From Abditibacteriaceae bacterium (GTDB lineage: Bacteria > Armatimonadota > Abditibacteriia > Abditibacteriales > Abditibacteriaceae): a stretch of 64,000 nt of DNA. Location: contig OZ255721.1 of the NCBI GenBank assembly GCA_965277285.1, positions 1,408,001 through 1,472,000 of the forward strand, written 5' to 3'. The translations under genes were made by a program, and so were the position numbers. The first letter of the stretch is position 1. Each line of letters opens with the position of its first letter. Below are positions 48,666-58,976 of the stretch, piece after piece. The notes below the pieces were generated by a model. The model had not been told where the DNA came from. It searched no databases and saw nothing but the letters and a program-made list of their open reading frames with translations.

Positions 48666-51413
48666 ATGAAACCACCAGATTCGACGAACTCTGCCCCTGG
48701 AAATGAGCCAAACGATTCGTTCTTGCAGACGCTCGAAACGCTTTTCGCGTCCCTGAACGCCGCCGAACACTGGCGCCTGGAATCAAGCGCCGCTTCGCCG
48801 TGGATTCGCGTTGTTCCCAAAAACGACGTCACGCCGCCGCAAGGCTGGAAATTGCACGTTTCCGCCGCCTCGTTTTCGGCACTTGAGGTTTTAAGTCGCG
48901 CCTTGCCGGTTTTGTTGCAGGAAAAAGCGTGCTTCAAAGTCGCGGCATCCACACATATTTTGGACGCACTCAACAGCGGCAGCGGCGGCCTCAGTCAAAT
49001 CGGCAAATTCCTCACGGTTTATCCCGCCGACGACGCGCAAGCCGTTCGCCTGGCCGTTGCATTAGACAACGCCACGCGCGGACTTCGTGGCCCGACGATT
49101 TTAACCGACGGCGCTTTGAACGCGCAAAGCCTGGTACATTACCGTTATGGCGATTTCAGCAGCCAACGCTTGCAAACGCCGACCGGCGAAAGCGTGCCCG
49201 CCATCACAGCGCCCAACGGCGAACTCGTCCCCGACCCGCGCGCCACCTTTTACGTGCAGCCGCCGTGGGTGAACGATCCGTTTATCGCCGCGGGAATTGC
49301 GACGCAGCCATCGCCGCAAAACGCTTTGATTGGCAATCGCTATCTTAAAACCGGACAACTTTTTCAATCGCCCAGCGGAACAATTTGGATGGCGGTTGAC
49401 ACACACAGCGGCGAGCGTTGCATTCTCAAAATGGCGCGCCGCGATGCCGCACTCAAACCCGATGGACGCGACGCGCGCGATCGCTTGCGCAATGAATACA
49501 AAGCATTGACCTGTTTACAGCAGAATGGCGAAGACAAACGCTTTCCGCGCGCGCTCGATTTGCTGGAAGAAAACGGCGACTTGTTTTTGGTGCAGGAAGA
49601 TGTCGAAGGCGAGCGTTTGGATAAACATCTTTTGGAGCTTCGCACGCAAGGACGCTTGCTTTCGAGTACTCGAATCGCGGATTGGGGCGCGCAAATCGCC
49701 GCCATGCTGCAAACCATTCACGACAAAGGCTGGATTTACCGCGACTTGAAACCGTCCAACGTTTTCATCGCACCAGATGGAACCTTGCGCCTGATCGACT
49801 TCGACATCGCGCATGAGATTTCTTATCCATTAGCGCCGATGGGCAAAGGCACGCGCGGCTACATTTCTCCCCAAGCCGCGCAAGGCGAAGTTTCAATTTC
49901 CGATGACATTTATTCGCTGGGCGCGCTATTATTTTTCGCCGTCACCAACGCTGAACCTTCCGAATCCGCGCAGCCATTCGACCTTTTGAAACGCCCTTTG
50001 CGCCTGCTAAATCCTCATCTCGACGAACGATTGGAACAGATTATTGCGCACTGTCTGGGGTCACAGAAAGCGGAACGTTTCTCCTCCGCCACGGATGTAG
50101 AAAGCTCCTTGAAAGCAATCGAGTACTCGAAAACTCGTTCCGTTGTTTCGATTGTTAAAAATGCGAATGACATCGTACAACGTTGCCGTGAGTACGCGCG
50201 ACGTTTGGGCGATTCGATTTGCGAAGAAGCGCAGATTTCGCCTGATGGACACGGGCTTTGGTGGCCAAATGCGCTTGACGCCACACAGCCGCCATCGCGC
50301 GACTTGGCAATGGGCAATAGCGGAACTTTGCTCGCGTTGGCCGAAATTGTCGCAGAATTGAAGACCAAAAAACACCGTGAAACGTTGATGATGGGCGCTC
50401 AAACTTTGGCGAATGCGCCGCGTCCCGCTTCGCGCAAAATGGCCGGACTTTACATCGGCGAAGCGGGCGTCGGCGCCGCCTTGTTGCGCGCCGGTCAAAT
50501 CCTGAAAAACGACGACTTGATCGAAGCCGCAACCGAACAAAGTCGCTGGGTCGCAGCGCAGCCGCACTCTTCGCCCGATTTATTTAACGGCACAGCGGGA
50601 CGCCTGCGCTTTCACTTATTTCTGTGGGACGCAACTGGCGAGCGCGAACATTTGCAATTCGCAATCGAAGCGGGCGAAACGTTGCTGAACACGGCGCAAC
50701 ACGTTGCAACAGACGAACTTTGTTGGCCCGAACACACGCCGCAGAGTGCCAAGAAAGTGCTGGGCTACGCGCATGGCGCGGCAGGAATCGCAGACAGCTT
50801 GCTCGATTTATTTGAAGTCACACACGACGAACGGTTCGCGGATGCCGCGCGCCAAACCGCCAATTGGTTGTCGCGCCAGGCGGTTCGAGTACTCGATGAC
50901 GGAAGCGGCCTGGCGTGGCCTTTTGCACAAGGTTCGATTGTGGCAACGCCGTTCTGGTGTCACGGCGCGTGCGGCATCGGGCGCTTTTTCCTTCATGCCG
51001 CAACGTTGAACGTGTTCGATGGCGCATTGGAAATAGCGTCGAAAGCGGCGCGCAGCGTGGCTCTGGGAAGTCGTTGGTCGGGGCCAACGCAGTGCCACGG
51101 TTTGGCTGGAAACATCGAGTTTTTGCTCGATATGTTTCGCGCCACCGACGAAAAAAGTTATCTCGATGACGCGCATTGGTTGTTCCAATTGTTGGAAGCG
51201 TTTGCGGTCGAGCGCAATGGTCAACTGGTTTGGTCGGGTCATTTATCAACGAAGTTCGCGCCGATTTACATGACGGGTTATGCTGGCATCGCCGCGTGTT
51301 TGCTGCGCTTAAGCGATCCGCAACAATTGCCGCACGCGCTCAGCCGCGACAATTTCCGGCGCCGCGATTTAGTGTCAAGCTCAAGCCGCACCAAATCGCT
51401 TGTTGCGAATTAG
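48666..51413 (+). CDS. lanL: class IV lanthionine synthetase (lyase-kinase-LanC cyclase)
   Basis: QGWKLHVSA, GKFLTVYP, HYRYG (lyase); YRDLKPSN (kinase); GYAHG, WCHG, QCHG (Zn-binding cyclase). Confidence 0.9.
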   Translation: MKPPDSTNSAPGNEPNDSFLQTLETLFASLNAAEHWRLESSAASPWIRVVPKNDVTPPQGWKLHVSAASFSALEVLSRALPVLLQEKACFKVAASTHILDALNSGSGGLSQIGKFLTVYPADDAQAVRLAVALDNATRGLRGPTILTDGALNAQSLVHYRYGDFSSQRLQTPTGESVPAITAPNGELVPDPRATFYVQPPWVNDPFIAAGIATQPSPQNALIGNRYLKTGQLFQSPSGTIWMAVDTHSGERCILKMARRDAALKPDGRDARDRLRNEYKALTCLQQNGEDKRFPRALDLLEENGDLFLVQEDVEGERLDKHLLELRTQGRLLSSTRIADWGAQIAAMLQTIHDKGWIYRDLKPSNVFIAPDGTLRLIDFDIAHEISYPLAPMGKGTRGYISPQAAQGEVSISDDIYSLGALLFFAVTNAEPSESAQPFDLLKRPLRLLNPHLDERLEQIIAHCLGSQKAERFSSATDVESSLKAIEYSKTRSVVSIVKNANDIVQRCREYARRLGDSICEEAQISPDGHGLWWPNALDATQPPSRDLAMGNSGTLLALAEIVAELKTKKHRETLMMGAQTLANAPRPASRKMAGLYIGEAGVGAALLRAGQILKNDDLIEAATEQSRWVAAQPHSSPDLFNGTAGRLRFHLFLWDATGEREHLQFAIEAGETLLNTAQHVATDELCWPEHTPQSAKKVLGYAHGAAGIADSLLDLFEVTHDERFADAARQTANWLSRQAVRVLDDGSGLAWPFAQGSIVATPFWCHGACGIGRFFLHAATLNVFDGALEIASKAARSVALGSRWSGPTQCHGLAGNIEFLLDMFRATDEKSYLDDAHWLFQLLEAFAVERNGQLVWSGHLSTKFAPIYMTGYAGIAACLLRLSDPQQLPHALSRDNFRRRDLVSSSSRTKSLVAN

Positions 51414-51546
51414 AATTTTCATGTTCTGGAATATATGTGGGTCAGGCAGAAAGAATCGAGTACTCGAGTGTCAAAGATTCCGTATTGCTCTACTTCTATC
51501 CGAACCCTGAAACGCTTTGCCATTTTGACCAAGGAGTACGCGATTT

Positions 51547-54500
51547 ATGACGGCCACGACTTTTCTGCCTTCGGATGTTGCACCAAACGATTCATCCATA
51601 AATTCAACGAACTGGCGCACTTTCACCGGAAAACGCGTCATCGTTCACGCGCCCGAAAACTCCTATGCGATCAAGCGCGCGCCGTCCGAAGCACGCGAAG
51701 CCGAACATTTGGCCGAAACCCTCGAGAAACTTCTGCAACCCGCAAAAGAAAAACTCGGCGCGCCAGTTCATATCTACCTTTCCGACCCGCCGCTACAATT
51801 GCCCGGCGAAAACAGTTCCACTAACGACCAAGCTGCAAACGAGCAAGCAGAAGTTGTAAACGCTGATTCTATAAGGCGCATCGTGCAACCGGAAGCGCCC
51901 GGCGAACCTTTGGCCAAACCTTTGACGCGTTTATTGGTCGCGCGCTGGTTTGGCACCAACGTTTCGTCCTTGTCTTCCCTGCTCGATGGTCTGGCGGGAA
52001 ACATCGCGGCCAAAGGTGGAAGCGGCGCCACACTTGGGGAAATTAACGAGCATTTGCGCGCAGAAATCGCAGCGGGACACCCTGTGCCGTCCATTTCTGC
52101 GCCGCCGATTGCATCTTCTGGCGCGCCGCCGAATTTGCCAGGTGCGCCGCCAATGATGCCGCCCAACGGCGCGCCTGTGGATAATCGAATACTCGATTCC
52201 CCACCTAACCGCGTTCCTGGCGGCGCCGCGCCGATAATGAACGCGCCGATGCCACCAACGATCAGTCCGGCGCAACGAGAAAATTTGCGTCAATGGACGG
52301 CGACTTCGTTTGTGAGTTGGCTGCTGCAAAATCAGGGCGCGGACGCGTTTCGTCGTTTCTTGTCGGAATACGATCCGGCGCGGCGCGATGCGGCAGCGAT
52401 TGCGGCGTATCAACGGCCTTTGGGCGCGCTCGAAGACGCCTGGATGAGCGAAATGCGCACGCCGCCGGGTGGAAAAGCGGTTTTCACCAGCTTTCTCAGG
52501 CGCGTCTGGCCGTTGATGAAACCGTATCGCCTGCGCCAACTCGAAATCTTCGTTTACATGGCGATTGGCGTGGTTTACAGCCAGGCGATTCCGTTTGCGT
52601 CCAAATATCTGCTCGATCACATCGGCAAGTATTTTCAAAACCCGAACGGCGTTTCGCCAACAGCTTTCGCGTGGCAATTGCTGGTTCCGTTCGCGGGCTG
52701 CTTGCTCGTTATCTACACTTTGAACGCGCTGGCGACGATGCGTCGCGCGTATGTTACGGCGTGGATCAATGAGCACGTTTTGATGGGTTTGCGGGAAAAG
52801 ATGTTCGAGCATTTGCAGCGTTTGTCGCACGCGTTTTATGCGAATGCGCGCGTTGGCGACGTGATGTCGCGCTTGTCGAACGACTTGCAAATGGTGCAAA
52901 ACGCGATGGCGCAAGTCACCAATACGGCGATTTACCAGAGCTTTGTCGCGCTCGCCGCGATTGGCACCGTGATGTATCAAACGACCAAGCACGGCGCGCC
53001 GATCATGGGGCTTTTGATGTTGTGCATCATGCCGTTTTTCATGCTGGGTTTCGCGGCCTTGCGCAAAAATCTTCAAAGCGCCAGCCGCGAGCAGCAGCAA
53101 CGCATCGGCGAAGCGACCACAGCGGTACAGGAAAACTTGTCGGCGCAGGCCGTCATCAAGGCGTTTTCGATGGAAGAACGCGCCGTTGCCAGTTATCACG
53201 TTCGAGTACTCGCGCAACTGAAATCGTCGTTGCACTTGGCGGTTTTAGGTTCGTTGCTCGAACTCAGCGCCAATATCACGATGGGTTTCGGGCAACTGAT
53301 CGTTCTGGTGGTTGGCGGCTATCTGGTGTTGCAAAACCCGCAGGGCGCCAGCGGCGATCATGGCATGACGATTGGAACCTTGAGTTTATTGAGCGGCTTG
53401 CTGGTGCAGATTCTGGCGCCTGTCGCGGCACTTTCGGGCGTTGGTCAGGCGGTGCAGATGGCGTCCGGCGCGATGGATCGCACTAATGAACTTTTCGACG
53501 CCAAACCCGACATCGAAAACAAACCGAACGCTATTACTTTGCCGCCATTGAGCACGGAAATCCGTATCGAAAACGCGACATTTGGCTACGATCCGGCGCG
53601 CACGATTTTGAACGGCATCAGTTTGACGATTGCCGCTGGACAAAACGTGGCGATTGTTGGGCCTTCGGGCTGTGGCAAAAGTACTTTGCTTAATTTGTTG
53701 CTGCGCTTTTATGATCCGCAAAGCGGGCGCGTTCTTTTCGATAATCACGATTTGCGCGATGTGACATTGGAATCGTTGCGCGCGCAAATCGGCCTGGTCT
53801 TTCAAGAAACGTTTGTTTTTGATACGACGTTGCGCGAAAACATCGGCCTGGCGCGGCCTGGCGCCAGCGATGACGAGATTGTGGCTGCCGCCAAAGCTGC
53901 GCAACTGGACGCCTTTGTGCAAACGCTGTCCGCCGGTTACAACACGGTTCTGGGCGAACGCGGCTCGCGCATGAGCGGCGGACAACGCCAGCGTTTGGCG
54001 ATTGCGCGAGCCATTCTACGCAACCCGCGCATTCTCGTACTCGATGAAGCGACCAGCGCGCTGGATGCGCAAACCGAAGCCGAGATTTTGGCGACCCTGA
54101 CGGAACTGGCGCGCGGACGCACGACGATCAGCATCACGCATCGTTTGTCGTGGGCGGCGACCGCGGACAGAATTATCGTGATTGATGCAGGCCGCGTCGT
54201 GGAAGACGGGCCGCACGCGCAATTAGTCAAAGCCGGCGGTTTGTATCAAAAGTTATACGAAGAACAAACCGGCTACGCGACGGGAAATGCGCCGCTTTCG
54301 AGTACTCGAATTGATCCGGCGCGCTTGAAAGACGTGCCGCTTTTTGCCTCGTTGGACGAAAAGGAATTGCAATCTTTGGCCAATCAAATGGTGCTGGAGC
54401 GCGACGGCGAAGGCGTCGAAGTCGTGCGCCAGGGAGATGCGGGCGACAAGTTATACGTTCTCAGTCGCGGCCAGGCTGAAGTCTGCGTGCGCGACGGCCA

Positions 54501-54741
54501 TGCGCCAGGTGAACGTCGCGTCAACGTTTTGAACGCGGGCGATTTCTTTGGCGAAGCCGCGCTGTTATCGGGCGCGCCGCGCAACGCGACCGTGCGCACC
54601 ACAACGCCTTCGGAATTGTTGAGTTTGTCGCAACAAGATTTCAAGGATTTGCTGGAGCGCGAACCCGCTTTGCGCCAGGCTCTGGAAAAAACCGTCGCCG
54701 CGCGGCGCAACGTTCCCGTGATGCAATCGGCAACGCGATGA
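51547..54741 (+). CDS. ABC exporter with extra N-terminal domain and C-terminal cNMP-binding domain
   Basis: TM domain; GPSGCGKS, MSGGQRQR, LDEATSALD; GDFFGEAALL..APRNATV. Confidence 0.92.
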   Translation: MTATTFLPSDVAPNDSSINSTNWRTFTGKRVIVHAPENSYAIKRAPSEAREAEHLAETLEKLLQPAKEKLGAPVHIYLSDPPLQLPGENSSTNDQAANEQAEVVNADSIRRIVQPEAPGEPLAKPLTRLLVARWFGTNVSSLSSLLDGLAGNIAAKGGSGATLGEINEHLRAEIAAGHPVPSISAPPIASSGAPPNLPGAPPMMPPNGAPVDNRILDSPPNRVPGGAAPIMNAPMPPTISPAQRENLRQWTATSFVSWLLQNQGADAFRRFLSEYDPARRDAAAIAAYQRPLGALEDAWMSEMRTPPGGKAVFTSFLRRVWPLMKPYRLRQLEIFVYMAIGVVYSQAIPFASKYLLDHIGKYFQNPNGVSPTAFAWQLLVPFAGCLLVIYTLNALATMRRAYVTAWINEHVLMGLREKMFEHLQRLSHAFYANARVGDVMSRLSNDLQMVQNAMAQVTNTAIYQSFVALAAIGTVMYQTTKHGAPIMGLLMLCIMPFFMLGFAALRKNLQSASREQQQRIGEATTAVQENLSAQAVIKAFSMEERAVASYHVRVLAQLKSSLHLAVLGSLLELSANITMGFGQLIVLVVGGYLVLQNPQGASGDHGMTIGTLSLLSGLLVQILAPVAALSGVGQAVQMASGAMDRTNELFDAKPDIENKPNAITLPPLSTEIRIENATFGYDPARTILNGISLTIAAGQNVAIVGPSGCGKSTLLNLLLRFYDPQSGRVLFDNHDLRDVTLESLRAQIGLVFQETFVFDTTLRENIGLARPGASDDEIVAAAKAAQLDAFVQTLSAGYNTVLGERGSRMSGGQRQRLAIARAILRNPRILVLDEATSALDAQTEAEILATLTELARGRTTISITHRLSWAATADRIIVIDAGRVVEDGPHAQLVKAGGLYQKLYEEQTGYATGNAPLSSTRIDPARLKDVPLFASLDEKELQSLANQMVLERDGEGVEVVRQGDAGDKLYVLSRGQAEVCVRDGHAPGERRVNVLNAGDFFGEAALLSGAPRNATVRTTTPSELLSLSQQDFKDLLEREPALRQALEKTVAARRNVPVMQSATR

Positions 54742-54836
54742 AATAGGGTTTCAGAGGCGTATAAGAATAAGGACAACGCTTGAAAGAACAAGTCTGTCAT
54801 TCTGTGAGGATGTAGAGAAAGTTGCAGATGACGCTT

Positions 54837-54926
54837 GAAACTATCAGTTTGTCATTCTGAGCGGAGCGAAGAATCGAATTGGAGTTAGATTCTTCGCTCC
54901 GCTCAGAATGACAAACTGATAGTTTC
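54837..54926. repeat. long inverted repeat (REP/MITE-like)
   Basis: GAAACTATCAGTTTGTCATTCTGAGCGGAGCGAAGAATC and its exact reverse complement. Confidence 0.85.
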
Positions 54927-55116
54927 GAGAGTTCTCTGCTATTTTCTCCACACTCTAAATCTCGTGCTGACAAGTTGAAAGAAACTGCATGGAGCGAGGC
55001 TGACGCGGCTTCCCGAAAAATCAGACATCAAAAATTCAATATTTCGCCCTGCGCGTGACTAATCGAGTACTCGATTGGCGTTAAACTGCGCTAAATTGTC
55101 GGATGGGAGGCGGATT

Positions 55117-56142
55117 ATGCGCCTTGAAGGTTCCGTGACTTCAGTTTCGTGGATTCCTTTGCAAGCGGTCGAAGGCTTGCTGGAAGTGCCGTTTGAGTTC
55201 GGCGTCGCGCATTATGACCCGCCGCCGCCGGATACGCTGGATCTCGAAAATCTGTTGCGCAACAACGAGATGCGTTTCGCCAACGAACTGCGCGCCTGGA
55301 TCGAAGTGGAAGATGGCGTAATCACCAATTACGGACAAAGCGGGCGCGGTTACATCGGTAAAACGAAAGTCGGTTTTGGCGCTCTATCGGTTTCTTTCAC
55401 AGCGATTCCTTTCCACGACTTGCAATCGGTTTCGCACGCGGATAGCAACAGTGTTCGTTTCGTGCAAACCTGTGGCGGACATACTGGCGCGCCGGTTCCA
55501 GCACCGATTAAACACGCGCCCTATTTTCGCCTGCAGGCACCTCTCGCCTGGACGACGCTCGCGCTGACCTTGCACGCCGATGGAAAAATCGAACACGAAG
55601 TCGTGGAGGCCAGCCCATTTCCACGTCACTGGATTTACAATCACCAAGGTCAACTTGTCGAAAAAAGCGGCTTGATCGAATTCACGCGCTGGTTCACCCA
55701 ATCGCCCGAACCGCACGCTGCTGCGGAAGATAACGCCGAAAACAGCACAAACGCGCCAGTTCCGTTTCGCAACGTGGAATCGGCGTTGGAACGCGGATTG
55801 TCGGGCGTTGTGATCGGCGCGCAACCTGTGTGGCGCCATCTTTCGACGGGCGAAACCTTGATCCGCCAAGGCGAAACGGGCGACGACGTATTTTTGTTGT
55901 TCGACGGTTTGCTATCGGTCGAGAAAGACGGCAAGCAGATCGCGGAAGTCGCGCCCGGCGCCATTTTAGGCGAAATGTCGCACTTAACGGACAATCGCCG
56001 AACCGCGACCTTGCGCGCCCTGACGCCATGCCGCGTCGCCGTCGTGCCACATCACACGCTGAACACTGATGCTCTGACGCACCTGGCACAATCGCGCACG
56101 CCGACACCGCCCGCTCAAAGCTTTAACGAACCCCAAGCGTAA
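55117..56142 (+). CDS. cyclic nucleotide-binding domain protein with uncharacterised N-terminal domain
   Basis: LIRQGE, GAILGEMS, RRTATL; GGAGG RBS. Confidence 0.88.
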   Translation: MRLEGSVTSVSWIPLQAVEGLLEVPFEFGVAHYDPPPPDTLDLENLLRNNEMRFANELRAWIEVEDGVITNYGQSGRGYIGKTKVGFGALSVSFTAIPFHDLQSVSHADSNSVRFVQTCGGHTGAPVPAPIKHAPYFRLQAPLAWTTLALTLHADGKIEHEVVEASPFPRHWIYNHQGQLVEKSGLIEFTRWFTQSPEPHAAAEDNAENSTNAPVPFRNVESALERGLSGVVIGAQPVWRHLSTGETLIRQGETGDDVFLLFDGLLSVEKDGKQIAEVAPGAILGEMSHLTDNRRTATLRALTPCRVAVVPHHTLNTDALTHLAQSRTPTPPAQSFNEPQA

Positions 56143-56289
56143 GCGCGGGGCTAACATAATTGCCACTTTAGCCCCGCGCTCATGCTTGGGGTTCATTGAC
56201 ACTCAAACGGATTGTCTCTCATTCTCAAACTGCGCGAGTTTCAAGGCGATAAACAAGATCAAATCTTGCTACAACAAGGAGTTCGCAGA

Positions 56290-57237
56290 ATGTCGGACAA
56301 AAAACTGCAAGTCGTTTGTCTGGGCATTTTGGTGGCGGATGTCATTGCGCGCGCTGTCGATAATTATCCCAATCGCGGCGAACTGATGTTAGTGGATTCA
56401 ATTGCGCCGTACATCGGCGGTTGCGCGGCCAATACCGGAATCGGGTTGCAAAAACTGGGCGTTCAAACAGCAGTTATTGGCAAGGTTGGGCGCGATAGTT
56501 TCGGCGACTTCGTGTGCGATGTCTTGAAAAGTCATGGCGTTCAAGCGCATGGCGTGACGACCGACGACAAAGCGCCGACTTCCGCGACAATGGTTCTCGT
56601 CGCTGGCGACGGCGAGCGTTCGTTCATCCACACCACGGGCGCGAATGCGACTTTTACCGAAGACGATATCGATTGGGACGTAATTTCCCCATCGCAATGG
56701 TTGCACATCGCGGGACACTTTTTGATGCCGTCGTTCGATGGCGCGCCGTGCGCTCGAGTACTCGAAAGAGCGCGCACAATGGGCTTAAAAACTTCGCTCG
56801 ATACGGCGGGCAGCCCGCATCCGCACTGGCCGGAATTGTTGCGCCCAACCTTGCCACATCTCGATTACTTTGTGCCGAGTTTCCACGAAGCGTTGCATTG
56901 CGTGCCGTCCAACATCGAGAAAACGCCGCAAGCCGTTGCGCGCTATTTTGGCGATGAAGGCGTCGGCGTTGTTGCACTTAAAATGGGCGAACGCGGCAGT
57001 TACATTCGGCGCGGTAACGAAGAATGGATGATTCCACCGTTTCAGGTCGAAGCACGCGACGCAACGGGCGCTGGTGATGCGTTCGCGGCGGGTTTTCTGG
57101 CGGGAATCATCAACGATTACGACTTGGAACAAGCGGGCAAACTGGGCAACGCCGTCGGCGCATGTTGCGTCACTGGAATCGGCACCGTCGCGGGCCTTCG
57201 CTCGATGTCAGAAACGATAAACTTTATGGGCGTGTAA
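56290..57237 (+). CDS. PfkB family carbohydrate kinase
   Basis: GGCAAN, GKVGRDSFG, DATGAGDAFAAG. Confidence 0.93.
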   Translation: MSDKKLQVVCLGILVADVIARAVDNYPNRGELMLVDSIAPYIGGCAANTGIGLQKLGVQTAVIGKVGRDSFGDFVCDVLKSHGVQAHGVTTDDKAPTSATMVLVAGDGERSFIHTTGANATFTEDDIDWDVISPSQWLHIAGHFLMPSFDGAPCARVLERARTMGLKTSLDTAGSPHPHWPELLRPTLPHLDYFVPSFHEALHCVPSNIEKTPQAVARYFGDEGVGVVALKMGERGSYIRRGNEEWMIPPFQVEARDATGAGDAFAAGFLAGIINDYDLEQAGKLGNAVGACCVTGIGTVAGLRSMSETINFMGV

Positions 57238-57439
57238 AAGACACGCTAAACCGAATCGACAAAACATCGAGTACTCGATTCCTGCAATTTATCTCACAGG
57301 CTCCGAAAGTAAGAGTTTGTCATGCCAAGCGCAGTGAGGAATCTGCTTGCAGTAAGATTCTTCGCGCGGCCCAAGAAGGCACCTATTAGAACGACAAACC
57401 GTCACTGCTGCGGCGCTTTGCGCTTGTTTCTACTTTCTC

Positions 57440-57737
57440 CGAGAGGTTGTAGCAAAACTCTTGTTAGACTTTGTTTGTGGAACATCAATTTTACAGCACA
57501 GATATAAGTGATGTTCAGTGGCATGCCTCGAGCGTGTTCTGCGCGAAATCAAAGATGGTCGCACCGGCAGTTCACGCAAGTACTTCAAGCGCGAGATGCT
57601 CAACGTCCTCTTTCATATCTTGCGCACCGGCTCTTATATAGTGCAACTTGACTGATGGCTTGCCGCCTCGTAGCACAATTTGGAAATAGTTTTGCCGCTG
57701 GCGTAACAACGGCACGCTGAACAAGATTCACGAGAGT
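57440..57737 (+). pseudogene. decayed IS5-family transposase N-terminus
   Basis: Frameshifted fragments YSTDISDVQW, RKYFKREMLNVLFHILRTG, LPPRSTIWK*FCRWRNNGTLNKIH. Confidence 0.75.
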
Positions 57738-57853
57738 CAAAGTGCCGATACAACAAAAAAAGGGAGCACAGGGAGCACAAGGATGACCAAATTGTTTCTC
57801 TTTTCGGTGTTGGATATTTTCTGGGCCGATGTTTCTGCGGTTAATCGAAAATC

Positions 57854-58579
57854 ATGAAAAACAAAGTTATTATCACGCCGCGCGAAGTTGAGGAGCTTTT
57901 GGGGCCAGAGCGTTTTCAAAGCGAGATGGGCAATCGCAGCGCGCAAGTCGGCGTGGCGACTGGCATGGCGTGGACGCCGGTTGGCGGCGAAGTTTTGTTC
58001 ATCGAAACCGCGAAAATGCCCGGCAAAGGCGGCTTGACTTTAACCGGACAATTGGGCGACGTGATGAAGGAATCGGCGCAAATCGCGCTCGATTACTTGC
58101 GAGCACACGCCGCTGAAGTTGGTGTTCCCGCCGACTTTAGCCGCGAACACGACATTCATATTCACGTTCCCGCGGGCGCGATTCCTAAAGACGGCCCGAG
58201 CGCTGGTGTTGCGATGACGGTCGCGCTGGCCTCTTTGATGAGCAATCGTCCGGCGCGCCACGATGTTTCGATGACCGGCGAAGTGACTTTGACGGGTCGC
58301 GTTTTGCCGATTGGTGGCGTCAAGGAAAAAGTTCTGGCAGCGCGTCAGGCTGGAATCACAACCATCCTTTTGCCGGAGCGCAATCGCCCCGACGTGCGCG
58401 AACTTCCCGAAGCAGCGCAACGCGAATTGAAGTTCGAGTTCGCCAGCGACGTTCGTCAGGCAATTGATCTGGTTTTGCTGCCCGAAAGCGCTATCGAGTA
58501 CTCGATCGACGGAAAAAATGAGGATGCGCCCGAAATTATGACGCCGTTGGAACAAGACGTGGAAGTCGCGGTTTCTTAA
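57854..58579 (+). CDS. Lon protease C-terminal (S16) domain only
   Basis: GMAWTPVGG, LTGQLGDVMKES, HIHVPAGAIPKDGPSAG, PIGGVKEK; no AAA+ domain. Confidence 0.88.
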   Translation: MKNKVIITPREVEELLGPERFQSEMGNRSAQVGVATGMAWTPVGGEVLFIETAKMPGKGGLTLTGQLGDVMKESAQIALDYLRAHAAEVGVPADFSREHDIHIHVPAGAIPKDGPSAGVAMTVALASLMSNRPARHDVSMTGEVTLTGRVLPIGGVKEKVLAARQAGITTILLPERNRPDVRELPEAAQRELKFEFASDVRQAIDLVLLPESAIEYSIDGKNEDAPEIMTPLEQDVEVAVS

Positions 58580-58582
58580 ATT

Positions 58583-58972
58583 ATGGCCAAAGTTCAGTCG
58601 GAATCCGTGGCGCATATTCTGGAACAAATGCACGATCTGGGAGCAATTCGCGCACGCTCAATGTTCGGCGGCTGGGGCATTTACTGGGACGATTTCATTA
58701 TCGCCCTTGTGTTGAACGATGTGCTTTACTTCAAAGCCGATGAGGTCAATCGTTCCGCATTTGAAGACTTGAATCTGGAGCCTTTCACTTATGAAGCGAA
58801 GGGCAAGCGCAAAGCCTTGAATTATTTCCGCGCGCCGGAAGAAGTTTTCGATGATTGCGAAGCGATGGCGACTTGGGCGCGAAGCGCGAGAGGCGCCAGC
58901 GAACGTGCGACCAAGAAGCGTCGTGTTCCTGTCGTTAAAACCCAATCGAGTACTCGAACACTTTCTCAATGA
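58583..58972 (+). CDS. TfoX/Sxy N-terminal domain protein
   Basis: RSMFGGWGIY, LYFKAD, PFTY. Confidence 0.9.
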   Translation: MAKVQSESVAHILEQMHDLGAIRARSMFGGWGIYWDDFIIALVLNDVLYFKADEVNRSAFEDLNLEPFTYEAKGKRKALNYFRAPEEVFDDCEAMATWARSARGASERATKKRRVPVVKTQSSTRTLSQ

Positions 58973-58976
58973 GACA

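Noticed and set aside
39973..53235. Long antisense ORFs such as 39973-41274 and 51931-53235
   Set aside because: They lie opposite well-supported genes and show no motifs; typical GC-rich shadow ORFs
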